In this document: piece after piece, positions 19,492 to 30,071 of the stretch
Layout of the letters: each line of letters begins with the position of its first letter
Numbering within the stretch: the stretch's first letter is position 1
The notes under the pieces: generated by a model
Told to the model about the DNA's origin: nothing
The model's database searches: none
The model's input: the letters and a program-made list of their open reading frames with translations, nothing else
Assembly: GCA_963851325.1 (NCBI GenBank)
Contig: CAWKOR010000002.1
Span: forward strand, 167,960 to 231,959
DNA: 64,000 nucleotides
Source: an uncultured delta proteobacterium
GTDB taxonomy: Bacteria; Desulfobacterota; Binatia; Binatales; Binataceae
Direction of reading: 5' to 3'
Position numbers and translations under genes: made by a program

Positions 19492-20553
19492 TTAACGATA
19501 CGCCCGCGCCGCTTCGATCGGCCATATCGCGACTACCTCGTCGCCGCGCATCACGTAGTATTCGCTGTGCAGGTTGATGGTCGTATCATTGTGACTCGGC
19601 ACGATCTCGATTTTCATGCCCGCATCGATCTCGGTTCCCGACCCATCGAGTTGGCCGTGCTCTTCCGAAAGACGCGACATTTTGATCGGCAGATCCTTCC
19701 CCGCCGGCGGCCCAAACTCGTTGGTGAGCGATTTCATCCCGGCATCGATGATGACGCGATCGCCGCGGCGCGAAATCACCGTGCTCAGAAGCGTCAGCGC
19801 GGATCGCCCAAGGTCGGGCCGCACATTGCGATAGGCGCCATCCATGAAGACATAAGAGCCGGCCTGCACTTCGGTGACGTCGGGCCATGAACCGGTGATG
19901 TCGTAAGTCCCGGTGCCTCCGGCGCTGACGATCTCCGGCGCGAATCCCTCCCCGCGCAGCGCCTCGACATGACGACTCAATTCGGTAAGCGCCGCGCGCG
20001 CGATGCGCTCGCGTTTCTCTTTCTCGGGGACCAGGACGGCGTGCCCTTCGTAACCCATAATGCCGCGATAGCGCAGCGGACCCTGTTTAATGCGTTGCGC
20101 CAGTGCGATGGTCTCCTCGGGCTTCGCGGTACCGCATCGATGCATCCCGGTGTCGACTTCGATGATAACGTCGATCGCGCGACCCGCGCGCACCGCGCCA
20201 TGCTCGAGTTCGCGGACGTTGAACTCGCTTTCAACTGCGACGATGATCTCGGGCCTGGACGGCAGTGCGAACAGACGCTCGATTTTCTTCGCGCCCACGA
20301 TTTGATTCGCGAGCAGAATCGGACCGAGTCCCGCGCGCGACAGAACCTCGACCTCGCCGAGCTTCGACGCGGTAATGCCGATGGCGCCGGCTTCGAGTTG
20401 GCGTCGCGCAACCTCGGGCGTTTTGGGTGTCTTGAAATGAGGCCGCAACTTCTGCGGGCGATCGGCAAAGAACGCCGCCATCGAGCGAACGTTGTCCTCC
20501 ATCACTTCGAGATCGAGGAGCAGCGCCGGCGTATCGATGTCAGTCTTGCGCAT
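19492..20553 (-). CDS. PLP-dependent D-serine dehydratase-like / D-threonine aldolase-like enzyme (alanine racemase N-terminal fold)
   Basis: [16 protein letters not shown].., [10 protein letters not shown] (Lys-PLP region) and C-terminal HNDTTINLH. Start moved to ATG 20553 (RBS GAGGGAAAG) to avoid overlapping purE. Confidence 0.7.
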   Translation of the reverse strand: MRKTDIDTPALLLDLEVMEDNVRSMAAFFADRPQKLRPHFKTPKTPEVARRQLEAGAIGITASKLGEVEVLSRAGLGPILLANQIVGAKKIERLFALPSRPEIIVAVESEFNVRELEHGAVRAGRAIDVIIEVDTGMHRCGTAKPEETIALAQRIKQGPLRYRGIMGYEGHAVLVPEKEKRERIARAALTELSRHVEALRGEGFAPEIVSAGGTGTYDITGSWPDVTEVQAGSYVFMDGAYRNVRPDLGRSALTLLSTVISRRGDRVIIDAGMKSLTNEFGPPAGKDLPIKMSRLSEEHGQLDGSGTEIDAGMKIEIVPSHNDTTINLHSEYYVMRGDEVVAIWPIEAARAYR

Positions 20554-20573
20554 CTTTCCCTCAGGATTTTGCC

Positions 20574-21086
20574 TCAGGGTAGTTTGGCGTTCAAAACTTC
20601 CTGGGCACGCGAGGCGCGCCATTTCGTCAGGCGAGCACCCAACTCATCATCACTCAGCGCAAGGATCGCGACGGCGAACAAGCCAGCATTCGCTGCGCCG
20701 CCCTTGCCGATCGCCATCGTCGCGACCGGCACACCCTTGGGCATCTGCACGATCGATAGCAGCGAATCGAGACCGTTGAGCGCACTCGTCATCGGCACCC
20801 CGATGACGGGGAGAGTAGTCTTCGCCGCGACGACTCCAGCCAGGTGGGCCGCGCCGCCCGCACCCGCGATGATCACGCGCAGACCGCGGTCGCGCGCGCT
20901 GGCGGAATAATCCAAAACCACATCGGGCGTGCGATGCGCGGACATCACGCGGACTTCATGTGGTACTTGAAGTTCGCTCATGACCTCGCACGCCGCCGAC
21001 ATGAACTCATAGTCGCTCTTACTCCCCATGATCACTCCGACCATGGGTTTGATTGCTGCTTCTGCCATTACGCGAGGATACGACAC
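20574..21086 (-). CDS. purE: 5-(carboxyamino)imidazole ribonucleotide mutase
   Basis: [17 protein letters not shown] and [27 protein letters not shown] are classic PurE motifs. The exact start is uncertain. Confidence 0.9.
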   Translation of the reverse strand: MSYPRVMAEAAIKPMVGVIMGSKSDYEFMSAACEVMSELQVPHEVRVMSAHRTPDVVLDYSASARDRGLRVIIAGAGGAAHLAGVVAAKTTLPVIGVPMTSALNGLDSLLSIVQMPKGVPVATMAIGKGGAANAGLFAVAILALSDDELGARLTKWRASRAQEVLNAKLP

Positions 21087-21294
21087 TGGTTGCGCAATGA
21101 AAAACGTCCCTGCGCGTTTTGGGCGGCGGCGAGCATTCGCGAGAAAAAAGCCAACCGAGGATGCGCTCCCGGCGTCGCTCCGAGATGCCTAACAGGCTCT
21201 GAATATCATATATATTCCAATGAAAGGCATAGAAGGGCTTGTACGTGCTTTTGCATCCGTGCAGAGTAAATTTCCATTTCGCCAACCCATCGAT

Positions 21295-24200
21295 ATGCTC
21301 GTTTTAGCGAAACACCGAACGAAGACGCGAAACCACGGCGCGGTGCTCGCTTCTCTCCTCACCCTGGCGCTGGCCTCGATGGTGTCGTCCTCCAACGCAG
21401 ACGCTCTGAACCGCATCCAGTTGGAAAACGCGCATCGCGGGACTGATGACTGGATTTCCACCCGCATCGACGCGCCCCATGACCTGGAGGGTTATGCTTC
21501 TCTCTCCAGCGTGAACGTCGGCCAATCAGTCGGCTTTTTCGTCAATTCGGCGGATCCCAAATACTCTATCACAGTATACCGCCTGGGATACTACCAGGGC
21601 CACGGTGGCCGCCTGATGGCCGCTCCAGTAACCCTCGACGGGATACGGCAGCCAATCCCAAAGCCGGACCCGGTCACGGGCCTCATCGAATGCCAATGGA
21701 CCAATCCCTACATTCTGGATGTGCCGCCGAACTGGGCCAGCGGCCTTTACGTGGCCAAGTTGACCGCCGTCCCCTCGGGCCAGCAACGCCTCATTCCGTT
21801 CGTGGTCCGCAACGATGACCACTTCTCCGATCTGATTTTCCAGAGTTCGTTTGCCACCGCCGAGGCTTACAACGCATGGGGTGGGAAATCGCTTTACGCC
21901 TTCAACAGTTCCGACGGGATCGCTGCGACGAAGGTGTCGTTCAATCGGCCCTTCGATGATGTTGACGGGGCTGGACAAATTCTCATCCGCGAACTGAACA
22001 TGGCTGCCTTCCTCGAAAAGGAAGGCTACGACGTGGTCTATTCCACCGATCTCGATACTCATGAGCACCCGGCACAACTGGCGCTCCATCGCGGATTCCT
22101 CGCGGTCGGACATAACGAGTGCTGGTCCGATCAGATGCGCCGCAATGTCGCCTTCGCACGGAACCGAGGCGTGAGCCTCGGATTCTTTTCCGCCAACGAT
22201 GCATATTCATCAGTTCGGTTCGAAGCGAGCGCGCTGAGCGGCGCGTCCGATCGCACGATGGCTTCCGTCAATGCGCGCGGTTCGCAAGCCATCGACGAGG
22301 CGATCGACGCGGATATCGTCGTCACCGATGCCTCGAATTGGGTATTCTCCGATACCGGCCTCGCGAAAGGGAGCATTCTTGGCGGCCTGTTGGGTTACGC
22401 AGCCGGCGAGACCCACGGAAACGCATCGATGCCGGCCGGAAGCATCGAGCTTGCGCACACTCCCTATGTCCAATCTGACGGCGTCACTCGCTTTTCGGAT
22501 ATGACCGTCTACTCCACCAGCAGCGGCGCGACGGTGTTCACCGCCGGTACGGTCCAGTGGGCATTTGGACTGAGCGAGGTTAGTCCGCGCAGTCCCAACC
22601 CGTCGCGGGTGAACCCCGCGGCGCAGCAAATTACCCGCAACGTGCTGTCACGCTTCATCGACGGCGCGCCAAGTTCTTCCGTGGCATCGATCACATCATC
22701 GGAGCGGACCGCCTGGGTGGCATCGGCTATCTCTGATGCCCTGCGCGGTGCGGCCGTATCCGCGACGTGTTGGATCGCGATGGATGCCGCAACCAGCGGC
22801 GCTCATGCGGGGCTGGACAACTTCACCCGCATAGCGGGCACCAATTACCTGACGGACTGCGTCGATCAAGTGCAACCGACGATGCCCGCCGATTCGCAGT
22901 TGGTAATGAAAGTGGACACCAGGGGCGGAACTATCACCGGCGTCAACGACCTCCGAAAAGCAAAAGCTGCCTCGGCGAACGCCGGTCCAGCAGCCGCGCT
23001 GAACGCATTCGGCGCAAAATGCGATTCTTCCTCCGACGACGCCAAAGCGTTGCAGGCCGCCATCAACGGAGCCGCCAACGGATTGCTGCAGTTGCCCGAG
23101 GGAAATGTGACCTGCGTGTCGAGCCAGCCGCTGCTGATATCGCGGCCCATCACGATTGATCTGAACGGTTCCAGCTTGCGCTTCAGCGGCGCAGACGGTG
23201 GCACCTGCGCGCAAGGAGCGGGCGGCCAAATTCAAATTCGCCAGGGCGGCGCCGGCCCCGTGACAATCAAGAACGGCAGCATCACCACCACCAACCCCGG
23301 CACCCGATGCCTTATCAACGTCGGTCGTGCGGGACTCTTCACGCATCCGGTGTCGCTCGACAACCTGGTTATCTCGGGCGCGCCGGGCAACGCAGGCACT
23401 GTTGGCGTCTACCTGAACTTCACCGGAGAATTCAGCCTCACGCGCAGCTTGCTGTACTACAATCTGCAACAGGATGTGGTCGGACGAAATGTCGTGAATG
23501 TTGCAACCGTAGCAGGCAACACTTTCGGGCCGCTCCTCAATCCCGCCAACTATCAGGTGGACCTTCAGAATCCGCAGAGCGTGCTGCTGCAAAACAATAC
23601 TCACGAGAGCGGCCCCAATGGCGTCAACCTTAGCGGCGGCGGCCACGGCAACCAGATCGAATCGATCTGGGCGGGCGACACCACCGAGGCGGGCGCATGG
23701 ATTCATGTCGGCCCAGGAGTGTCGGCGACCAAAATCAGCGGCTTCATGGGAGGCGCCAGGATCGCGGGAAGCGTCGGCGTGCAAATCGATGCGGGCGCTT
23801 CGGCGGGTGAAGTATCAGGCCTGACGTTGCAGGGATTCGACACCGGATTGAGTCTCAGCGGACAGGGATGGTCGGTGCATGGAAACTCGATCCAGGGCAA
23901 GTCCTATTCGATCCGCGCGATGGCTACCAATCTGCGCATTTTTTCCAATCAGATCATCAACGGCACCGCAGGTGGAATCGGCCTCAGCCTCGAGCAGCCG
24001 TTCGAGGATGCGATCAACAACAACTATCAAATCGGCGGCGGGGCCATTTCATTGGGATGCGCCGCGCCCGCCCTGGTGATTCAGGAACAAGTCGACAACA
24101 TCCCGCCCGGATGCACCGCGGGCGGCAACATCGTCACCGCGGTCGATGGGCGCTGGATTAGCATGGGCGGCGGCACCATCGGAAATCTGGGAGCCCCGAC

Positions 24201-24447
24201 CGCGGCATCGATGGCGCTATCCGAAGGTCACGCGATCGGAGCGATCGCGCCGGCATCAGGAGCTTTCACCGCGCTGAAGGCCAACACCTCGATGCAGGTC
24301 GGGTACCCGCTGAAGGCACCCGGAGGCGGCAGGGCGGCAAAGCTCGGCAGGATCGGCGGAACCGGCCCCGCGCGAGCGTCCCAGGATAGCTGGCTTGAGA
24401 TAAAAGATAGTGCCGGACAGTCATTCTGGGTCCCCACCTGGCGGTAG
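21295..24447 (+). CDS. large secreted protein: N,N-dimethylformamidase-large-subunit-like N-terminal domain fused to right-handed beta-helix (pectate-lyase-fold) repeats
   Basis: ATG 21295 gives a signal peptide (..LLTLALASMVSSSNADA). The N-domain has YRLGYYQGHGGR, W.SGLYVAKL, FVVRND and AYNAWGGKSLY. The C-half is Gly/Asn/Ser-rich repeats typical of a parallel beta-helix. Confidence 0.65.
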   Translation: MLVLAKHRTKTRNHGAVLASLLTLALASMVSSSNADALNRIQLENAHRGTDDWISTRIDAPHDLEGYASLSSVNVGQSVGFFVNSADPKYSITVYRLGYYQGHGGRLMAAPVTLDGIRQPIPKPDPVTGLIECQWTNPYILDVPPNWASGLYVAKLTAVPSGQQRLIPFVVRNDDHFSDLIFQSSFATAEAYNAWGGKSLYAFNSSDGIAATKVSFNRPFDDVDGAGQILIRELNMAAFLEKEGYDVVYSTDLDTHEHPAQLALHRGFLAVGHNECWSDQMRRNVAFARNRGVSLGFFSANDAYSSVRFEASALSGASDRTMASVNARGSQAIDEAIDADIVVTDASNWVFSDTGLAKGSILGGLLGYAAGETHGNASMPAGSIELAHTPYVQSDGVTRFSDMTVYSTSSGATVFTAGTVQWAFGLSEVSPRSPNPSRVNPAAQQITRNVLSRFIDGAPSSSVASITSSERTAWVASAISDALRGAAVSATCWIAMDAATSGAHAGLDNFTRIAGTNYLTDCVDQVQPTMPADSQLVMKVDTRGGTITGVNDLRKAKAASANAGPAAALNAFGAKCDSSSDDAKALQAAINGAANGLLQLPEGNVTCVSSQPLLISRPITIDLNGSSLRFSGADGGTCAQGAGGQIQIRQGGAGPVTIKNGSITTTNPGTRCLINVGRAGLFTHPVSLDNLVISGAPGNAGTVGVYLNFTGEFSLTRSLLYYNLQQDVVGRNVVNVATVAGNTFGPLLNPANYQVDLQNPQSVLLQNNTHESGPNGVNLSGGGHGNQIESIWAGDTTEAGAWIHVGPGVSATKISGFMGGARIAGSVGVQIDAGASAGEVSGLTLQGFDTGLSLSGQGWSVHGNSIQGKSYSIRAMATNLRIFSNQIINGTAGGIGLSLEQPFEDAINNNYQIGGGAISLGCAAPALVIQEQVDNIPPGCTAGGNIVTAVDGRWISMGGGTIGNLGAPTAASMALSEGHAIGAIAPASGAFTALKANTSMQVGYPLKAPGGGRAAKLGRIGGTGPARASQDSWLEIKDSAGQSFWVPTWR

Positions 24448-24575
24448 CGGTTTTACTAGGTGACCCGATCCTGCCGACGAACCCTCAAGTAGCGACGCTC
24501 AAGGAACGTACTCGAGTTCGTAGCGACGATATATCCAATCTCGCGGTAAACGGACAAAATCGAGCATAGTTCGCG

Positions 24576-26027
24576 ATGGCTACCACGATTCCCACCAATG
24601 CCGCCGAGTTTACGCTTGCCGAAGTCGCACTCGCGACCAATGGCGAGGCCTTCGGCAATGGCAGCTTGAAAGTGCGCGGGGTCAGCATCGATAGTCGCAA
24701 CCTCCGTGGCGGCGAGTTATTCGTCGCATTGCGCGGCGTCGCCGACGGACACAACTTTCTCGCCCAGGCTGCGCAGCGCGGCGCGAGCGCCGCACTAGTC
24801 GAACGCGGCCGTCGTATCGCGGAGATCGCGTGCGTCGAGGTCGATGACACCCTGGTCGCGCTGGGACGCCTGGCGCATCATCACGTGGATCGAATGCGCG
24901 GCGCGGGAACGATTCCCCTGATAACGATTGGCGGCGCGGCGGGCAAAACCACCACCAAGGAGATCACTGCCGCGCTGGCGCGGGCGGTTTTCGGCGCGAC
25001 GCTTTCGACCCCCGGCAATCTCAACAATCTCATTGGGGTGCCGATGACGCTGTTGATGCTCACCGAGGAGCATCGCGCGATGGTCATTGAGTGCGGGACC
25101 AACACGCGCGGCGAGATCCCACGGCTGGCGGAAATTGTCGCGCCGGATGTCGCGATGGTGCTCAACGTGGATCTCGAGCACACCGAAGGACTCGGCAGCA
25201 TCGAAGAAATCGCCGATGAAGAAGCGGCAATTTTCGCGCATACGAAGAATGCGGCGGTCATCCCCACCGATGACGCACGAATCGCACTGCGGGTGCCGTC
25301 GAACCTGCCGACGGTGACCTTCGGTGTCAGCGACGAGGCGAAGGTACGACTGGTCGAACGAGCGGTGACAGCGCATGGACGGGCCGCGATTGTAATTCGC
25401 CTCGATAAATCGATGGTTGAGCCGAGAGTGGAACCTGTCATACGCGCGGAGCTCTCATTGATCGGCCGCTCCGGCGCGATGAATTGCACCGCGGCCGTGG
25501 CGGCAATCGCGGCCGCATCGCCGATTCCATTGCGCGCTGATCAACTGCGCGCTATGGAAACCGTGCTGGCGGAAATCCAGCCGGTGCCGGGGCGGCTCGC
25601 GGTCAACGAAATCGGTGGCATCGTAATCATCGATGATTCGTACAATGCACAACCGCCTTCGGTCCGCATCGGACTGGAGGCCGCACGCGAGGTGGCTAAG
25701 CGACTCGACGCGCGACTGGTGATCGCGCTGGGCGACATGCTGGAACTCGGAGCGCTCGCGAAACCTGCCCATGCGGTGGCAGTTCAGGACGTTTTCGCCT
25801 CGAATCCCGCAGTCTTCCTGGCGATTGGAGAGGAAACCTGCGCCGCAGCCGCGGCAGCGCGTCCGCGCCAGCACGATTGCGACCTGCGCCTCTGTGCAGA
25901 TCGCGAGGAGGCCGCGTGGCTCATCTGCGGCCTGGTGCGCAAAGGCGATGTTGTGCTGGTCAAGGGGTCGCGCGGCATCGGCACCGACCGCATCGTCGAA
26001 GTGCTGGTAAAAGGTTTCGGCGGCTAG
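24576..26027 (+). CDS. murF: UDP-N-acetylmuramoyl-tripeptide--D-alanyl-D-alanine ligase
   Basis: N-terminus ..VSIDSRNLRGGELFVALRG...DGHNF, Mur-ligase P-loop GGAAGKTTTKE and C-terminal DDSYNA. Confidence 0.85.
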   Translation: MATTIPTNAAEFTLAEVALATNGEAFGNGSLKVRGVSIDSRNLRGGELFVALRGVADGHNFLAQAAQRGASAALVERGRRIAEIACVEVDDTLVALGRLAHHHVDRMRGAGTIPLITIGGAAGKTTTKEITAALARAVFGATLSTPGNLNNLIGVPMTLLMLTEEHRAMVIECGTNTRGEIPRLAEIVAPDVAMVLNVDLEHTEGLGSIEEIADEEAAIFAHTKNAAVIPTDDARIALRVPSNLPTVTFGVSDEAKVRLVERAVTAHGRAAIVIRLDKSMVEPRVEPVIRAELSLIGRSGAMNCTAAVAAIAAASPIPLRADQLRAMETVLAEIQPVPGRLAVNEIGGIVIIDDSYNAQPPSVRIGLEAAREVAKRLDARLVIALGDMLELGALAKPAHAVAVQDVFASNPAVFLAIGEETCAAAAAARPRQHDCDLRLCADREEAAWLICGLVRKGDVVLVKGSRGIGTDRIVEVLVKGFGG

Positions 26028-26034
26028 CGAGCCG

Positions 26035-27099
26035 TCAATCGGCCTTCACCAGGGCTTCGAGTCCCGAGCGCTCGCCGATCGCGACCAGTAGATCGCCAGC
26101 CTGGACTGGAATGCTGGGCCGAGGAATTATCCTGATGGGATCGTCGTTGCGCTTGAGCGCCACGATCCGCAACTTTCCGATCGCGGCTTCGATCTCAACG
26201 ACGCTCTTCCCGATCATCTTGCTGTTTTCAGGGATGCGAATTTCCTCGAGGTCAACCTCCTCGCCGCGGCCCGAGGTGAACAATTCGATAAAATCCACCA
26301 CCGAGGGGCGGACAATCGTCGATGCGACCCGATAGCCGCCATATTGGTACGCGGAGATGACCTGATCGGCGCCCGCCAGCTTGAGCCGGCGCAGCCCCAC
26401 TTCACCTTCGCCGCGCGCATGAATCGAGATGTTGCGATTTTTCTCACGCGCCGCCAGCGTGATGTAGACGTTGTCGGCGTCGGAAGCGGTGGCTGCCACC
26501 AACGCGCGGGCGGAACGAATTCCCGCGTCCTCCAGGACGTCGTCGTGCATCGCGTCGCCAATCAGGTACGGCGTGTCGAGCCGGGCCAGTTCTTCGGCTG
26601 CTTGAGGATCGGTATCGATGATGACCGTCGGCACGCGATGGCGTGCGAGTTCCTCGGCCACGGCGCGACCGAAACGACCGAACCCGCAAATGATAACGTG
26701 GTCTTTCAGATTGTGGATTCTTCGCAGCATTCCCCTCGCTCCCAGGTAGTCTCGTAGCTGCCCTTCGATAATGATTTCAGTCATCGTGGCGAACAGATAG
26801 AAAGCGGTGCCCACGCCAAGCACGATCAATAACATGGTGAACACCCGGCCCGCTTCGTCCAGCCGTTTCACCTCGCCATAGCCGACCGTGGAAATCGTGA
26901 TGACCGTCATGTAGAGCGCGTCGAGCAAAGACATGTGGTCGACCAAGATGTAACCGAGGGTGCCGAGCCCGGTGAGAATCGCGATCCCCGCAATCGCGAT
27001 AGCCATCCGCAGCGCCGGCGAGCGGGGTGGGTGAGGCCGAGCGTGGTGCGTCAATTCCGGCATCCTCAGGGCCGAGGTTTTTCGATCGCTGGAATCCAA
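26035..27099 (-). CDS. potassium channel protein with RCK/TrkA-N and TrkA-C domains
   Basis: Selectivity filter TISTVGYGE. Rossmann VIICGFGRFGRAV. Confidence 0.85.
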   Translation of the reverse strand: MDSSDRKTSALRMPELTHHARPHPPRSPALRMAIAIAGIAILTGLGTLGYILVDHMSLLDALYMTVITISTVGYGEVKRLDEAGRVFTMLLIVLGVGTAFYLFATMTEIIIEGQLRDYLGARGMLRRIHNLKDHVIICGFGRFGRAVAEELARHRVPTVIIDTDPQAAEELARLDTPYLIGDAMHDDVLEDAGIRSARALVAATASDADNVYITLAAREKNRNISIHARGEGEVGLRRLKLAGADQVISAYQYGGYRVASTIVRPSVVDFIELFTSGRGEEVDLEEIRIPENSKMIGKSVVEIEAAIGKLRIVALKRNDDPIRIIPRPSIPVQAGDLLVAIGERSGLEALVKAD

Positions 27100-27129
27100 C
27101 CGGCACCGATGGCGCGTATCGCCCTGAGG

Positions 27130-27564
27130 CTATTGATTCAGTTGACGCTGCTGCATGGTCGCGCCGAGCGACGGCTTGACAATAACACCGGCAAAGCCGG
27201 TCGCCGAGCGTCCATCGGCGGTCGTTATCGTGACGGAAGCGACATAGTTTCCGGGTCGCGTATAGCGGTTGTATGCCAGCAACGGCGGAGCGGTCGAAGT
27301 GTGGCCATCGCCGAAATTCCAGTTGAAGGACACGATCTCGGCCCCCGACGGGTCCAGCGCATGCAACAGGAATCCCGCCAGCAGCGGCGCCGGACCGTAG
27401 CCCGGCAGCGCCTGCACTGTAACCAGCAACGGCTCCGGCATTGCGATGCGACCGCTGGGGGTGGGATTTCCGGCCGGCATTGGTTCCTGCGCGCGTGCGA
27501 TGCCGCACGAAACGGCGACCATCAACATCGCCACTGCACCGGCGACGAGCGTGGAAGTCCTCAC
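27130..27564 (-). CDS. small secreted PKD-domain protein
   Basis: Signal peptide, then the FNWNFGDGHTS PKD signature. The start overlaps the upstream SDR stop by 4 nt. Confidence 0.65.
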   Translation of the reverse strand: MRTSTLVAGAVAMLMVAVSCGIARAQEPMPAGNPTPSGRIAMPEPLLVTVQALPGYGPAPLLAGFLLHALDPSGAEIVSFNWNFGDGHTSTAPPLLAYNRYTRPGNYVASVTITTADGRSATGFAGVIVKPSLGATMQQRQLNQ

Positions 27565-28349
27565 TGCATTACGACGCCGCCATCAGGATGCAAAATCGAG
27601 CCGGTGTAGTAGCGGCCCTCCTCACTGGCGAGGAACAGCGCGGTGTTGGCGACGTCAACCGGTTCGCCGATTTGTCCCAGCGGCACGCGATTGACCAGCC
27701 GTTTCATGAAACCGGTGGCCTTCTGGATGTCCGCCGTCATAGGAGTGTTGATGAAGCCCGGCCCGATCGCATTGACGGTGATCTTGCTGGGCGCGAGCTC
27801 GACTGCGAGCACCTTGCTGAGCATCCACACGCCGGCCTTGCTGACCGCGTACTCGCCCGCGCCGGGGGTCGGCAGCTTCGCCGCGCCGGACGCGATGTTG
27901 ATGATCCTGCCGCCCTTGCCGGCCTTGACCATCTCGCGTGCGACCGCGCGATCGCACAGAAAGACCCCATCCAGGTTGATGCTGAGCACCTTCTTCCAAT
28001 CTGCCAGAGGCTTCGCACTCAGCGGTGTGGGATTGCTGGCGCCCTCTTCTCCGTAACGCGCGTGCGAGATGCCGGCTGCCGCAACCAGAATATCGACGCC
28101 ACCGAGTTCGCTGACGGCGCGCGCAACCATCGCATCCACCTGGGCCTCGTCGCTGGTGTCGACCTGAATCGCAACCGCCTTGCGGCCGAGCTTGCGCACT
28201 TCGGCGGCGACGCCGTCTGCTGCGGCGAGGTTACGATCGGCAACCGCGACGTTGGCGCCCTCCTCAGCAAAACGAATCGCGGTCGCGCGCCCGATACCGC
28301 TGGCGCCGCCGGTGATCAATGCATTTTTGTTTTCCAGTCTTAGTGCCAT
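27561..28349 (-). CDS. SDR family oxidoreductase (FabG-like)
   Basis: TGGASGIGRA cofactor motif, NIASGA and catalytic YAVSKAG. Confidence 0.85.
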   Translation of the reverse strand: MALRLENKNALITGGASGIGRATAIRFAEEGANVAVADRNLAAADGVAAEVRKLGRKAVAIQVDTSDEAQVDAMVARAVSELGGVDILVAAAGISHARYGEEGASNPTPLSAKPLADWKKVLSINLDGVFLCDRAVAREMVKAGKGGRIINIASGAAKLPTPGAGEYAVSKAGVWMLSKVLAVELAPSKITVNAIGPGFINTPMTADIQKATGFMKRLVNRVPLGQIGEPVDVANTALFLASEEGRYYTGSILHPDGGVVMQ

Positions 28350-28506
28350 CTGTTGAAATCCTTACCAAAACGTTGTCAAGCTCGCGGAAAGCGTCCGTGC
28401 CGATGCTACTGTCGATCTTAACGGTTGTTACCACGATGATCATCGGACCCGCCAGCATCCCATCGCATTGCGCCGGACGCCACGACCTCGCGCCAGATGC
28501 TTTGCA

Positions 28507-28869
28507 TCACTCCAGCTTGACCGCCGTTCCTTTGACCGTCGTGCAGGTGAAGCTGAAGACATTGTACACGGGAATGAATCCATAGAGGCTGCTCGATGTC
28601 GTGACATTAACCAGTGCATCGCCGCCGGTCGGCGCCAAGGCTTTATCTACCGCAGTCTGAACATCTGAGTTGCCGAACGGGATCACCGCAATAACAAAGT
28701 ATCGGCAGGCCTGTCCCTCCGCTGGTCCGAGTTCCCTCACTGAATGACCCGTCTTCAGAACGGAAGCGGGGTCAACGGAACTTTTCGTGATTACACCGAG
28801 CGAGCCCACCGAGACGCATCCGCCGAGGGCGAGTAAACTCAAAATACCGATCGAGCGTATCAGTCGCAC
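28507..28869 (-). CDS. small lipoprotein
   Basis: Signal peptide with lipobox LLALGGC. 120 aa. Confidence 0.6.
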   Translation of the reverse strand: MRLIRSIGILSLLALGGCVSVGSLGVITKSSVDPASVLKTGHSVRELGPAEGQACRYFVIAVIPFGNSDVQTAVDKALAPTGGDALVNVTTSSSLYGFIPVYNVFSFTCTTVKGTAVKLE

Positions 28870-29047
28870 AATTGCCTCACTTCAGAAAAAATACTGTTGC
28901 CGGTACCAACAGTTTACCACTTGGGAAGACTACGGGGCGGTCGATTACTTCACATAGCAGCGCCGGCCAGGCGAATCGGTCGCCATCCCGACAACGACCG
29001 CGGCTCCCTGTGCCTCGACGCGGAGTCCCTGCTAAAATTCGTCCACC

Positions 29048-29932
29048 ATGGCATACGAACAAGCGGCTACCGTCGCGACGGAGCCGACCAACTCCTTCTT
29101 CGAACACGAGGATCTCAAACTTCACTACCTTGATTGGGGTGGCGATCCGAAACAGCGCACCTTCGTGCTGCTCCACGGCGGTGGCGCGCATGCGCATTGG
29201 TGGGACTACGTCGCGCCCGAGCTCGTCGCCTGCGGCCACGTGGTAGCGCTCGATTTTCGCGGCCATGGGCGCAGCGCATGGTCGCGCGATGCCGACTATG
29301 GTCCGCCTTCGTACATTCATGATGTCCGCGCGCTCATCGATCATCTCGGCACCAAGGTCGTACTGGTGGGGCATTCGATGGGGGGCGCGGTAGCGCAATG
29401 GTGCGCGGTGACGTTCCCGGAAAAACTCGCGGCATTGATCATCGTGGATTCACCCGCCGGCCCGCCTCCGCTGCTGCGTCGCCTGCAATGGCGATGGCGT
29501 CGGCGCGCGCAAGGCGGCAAGCGACCGGAGTTGAAATCATCCGATGACATCATTCGCAAATTTCGCCTCTCGCCGCCGGGAACCTACTTGAGCAAGGACC
29601 AATTGGAACAACTCGCGCTTAAGGGCGCGCTGCAACTTTCCAATGGGCATTGGGCCTATCGCTTCGATCCGGAAACCCGCGCGTGGCGCAAGCATAAGGG
29701 GCGGATGAAGCGGCCAAATCTGAAGCGGCTCGACCTGCCCACGCTGATTTTGCGTGGCGCCGAAAGCACCCTGGTGGGCGGACGGCACGCCCGGCGGATG
29801 AATCGCAAGGTCAAGGGCTCGGTGTACAAGGAAATCCCGCGCGCGTTCCATCACGTGCCGCTCGACAATCCCGAGGCTACGGCTGCCGCGATCATCGAGT
29901 TCGTGGAGCAGAAGAAGATCGGAGCGGAGTAA
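29048..29932 (+). CDS. alpha/beta hydrolase
   Basis: HGGGAHAHWW oxyanion region and nucleophile elbow VGHSMGGAVA. Confidence 0.8.
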   Translation: MAYEQAATVATEPTNSFFEHEDLKLHYLDWGGDPKQRTFVLLHGGGAHAHWWDYVAPELVACGHVVALDFRGHGRSAWSRDADYGPPSYIHDVRALIDHLGTKVVLVGHSMGGAVAQWCAVTFPEKLAALIIVDSPAGPPPLLRRLQWRWRRRAQGGKRPELKSSDDIIRKFRLSPPGTYLSKDQLEQLALKGALQLSNGHWAYRFDPETRAWRKHKGRMKRPNLKRLDLPTLILRGAESTLVGGRHARRMNRKVKGSVYKEIPRAFHHVPLDNPEATAAAIIEFVEQKKIGAE

Positions 29933-30018
29933 ACCGCACAGGCACAAAGCCAGGAAAAGCAGCATTCGACAGTAGGCGCCGGATCAACTGGTGGTGAGGC
30001 TTTTACTAGAGACCGACC

Positions 30019-30046
30019 CTCAACCGTGAGTTACCGTGTCTCTGTG
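30019..30046. repeat. third copy of the REP-like motif (ctcaaccgtg-N7-gtgtctctgtg)
   Basis: The reverse complement of 11427-11447 reads ctcaaccgtg gtgtctctgtg. Here the two halves are separated by agttacc. Lies in a convergent intergenic gap. Confidence 0.55.
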
Positions 30047-30071
30047 ATTTGGCTGGGTCCTGTTCCTGGTG

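Noticed and set aside
21087-21294. Looked for a ZTP/purine-type riboswitch upstream of purE
   Set aside because: I could not find the conserved ZTP (pfl) motif elements or a convincing terminator/antiterminator. The region is simply an AT-richer divergent promoter gap.
22696-23784. 362-aa minus-strand ORF inside the large beta-helix gene
   Set aside because: It is antisense to a motif-supported secreted protein gene. It has Arg/Ala/Gly-rich composition, no RBS and no motif.
24451-24490. Similarity between ttttactag..gacc..ccctcaa at 24453 and at 30001-30024
   Set aside because: There is only a 9-mer exact match plus two short blocks with an indel. That is too short to separate from chance without genome-wide counts.
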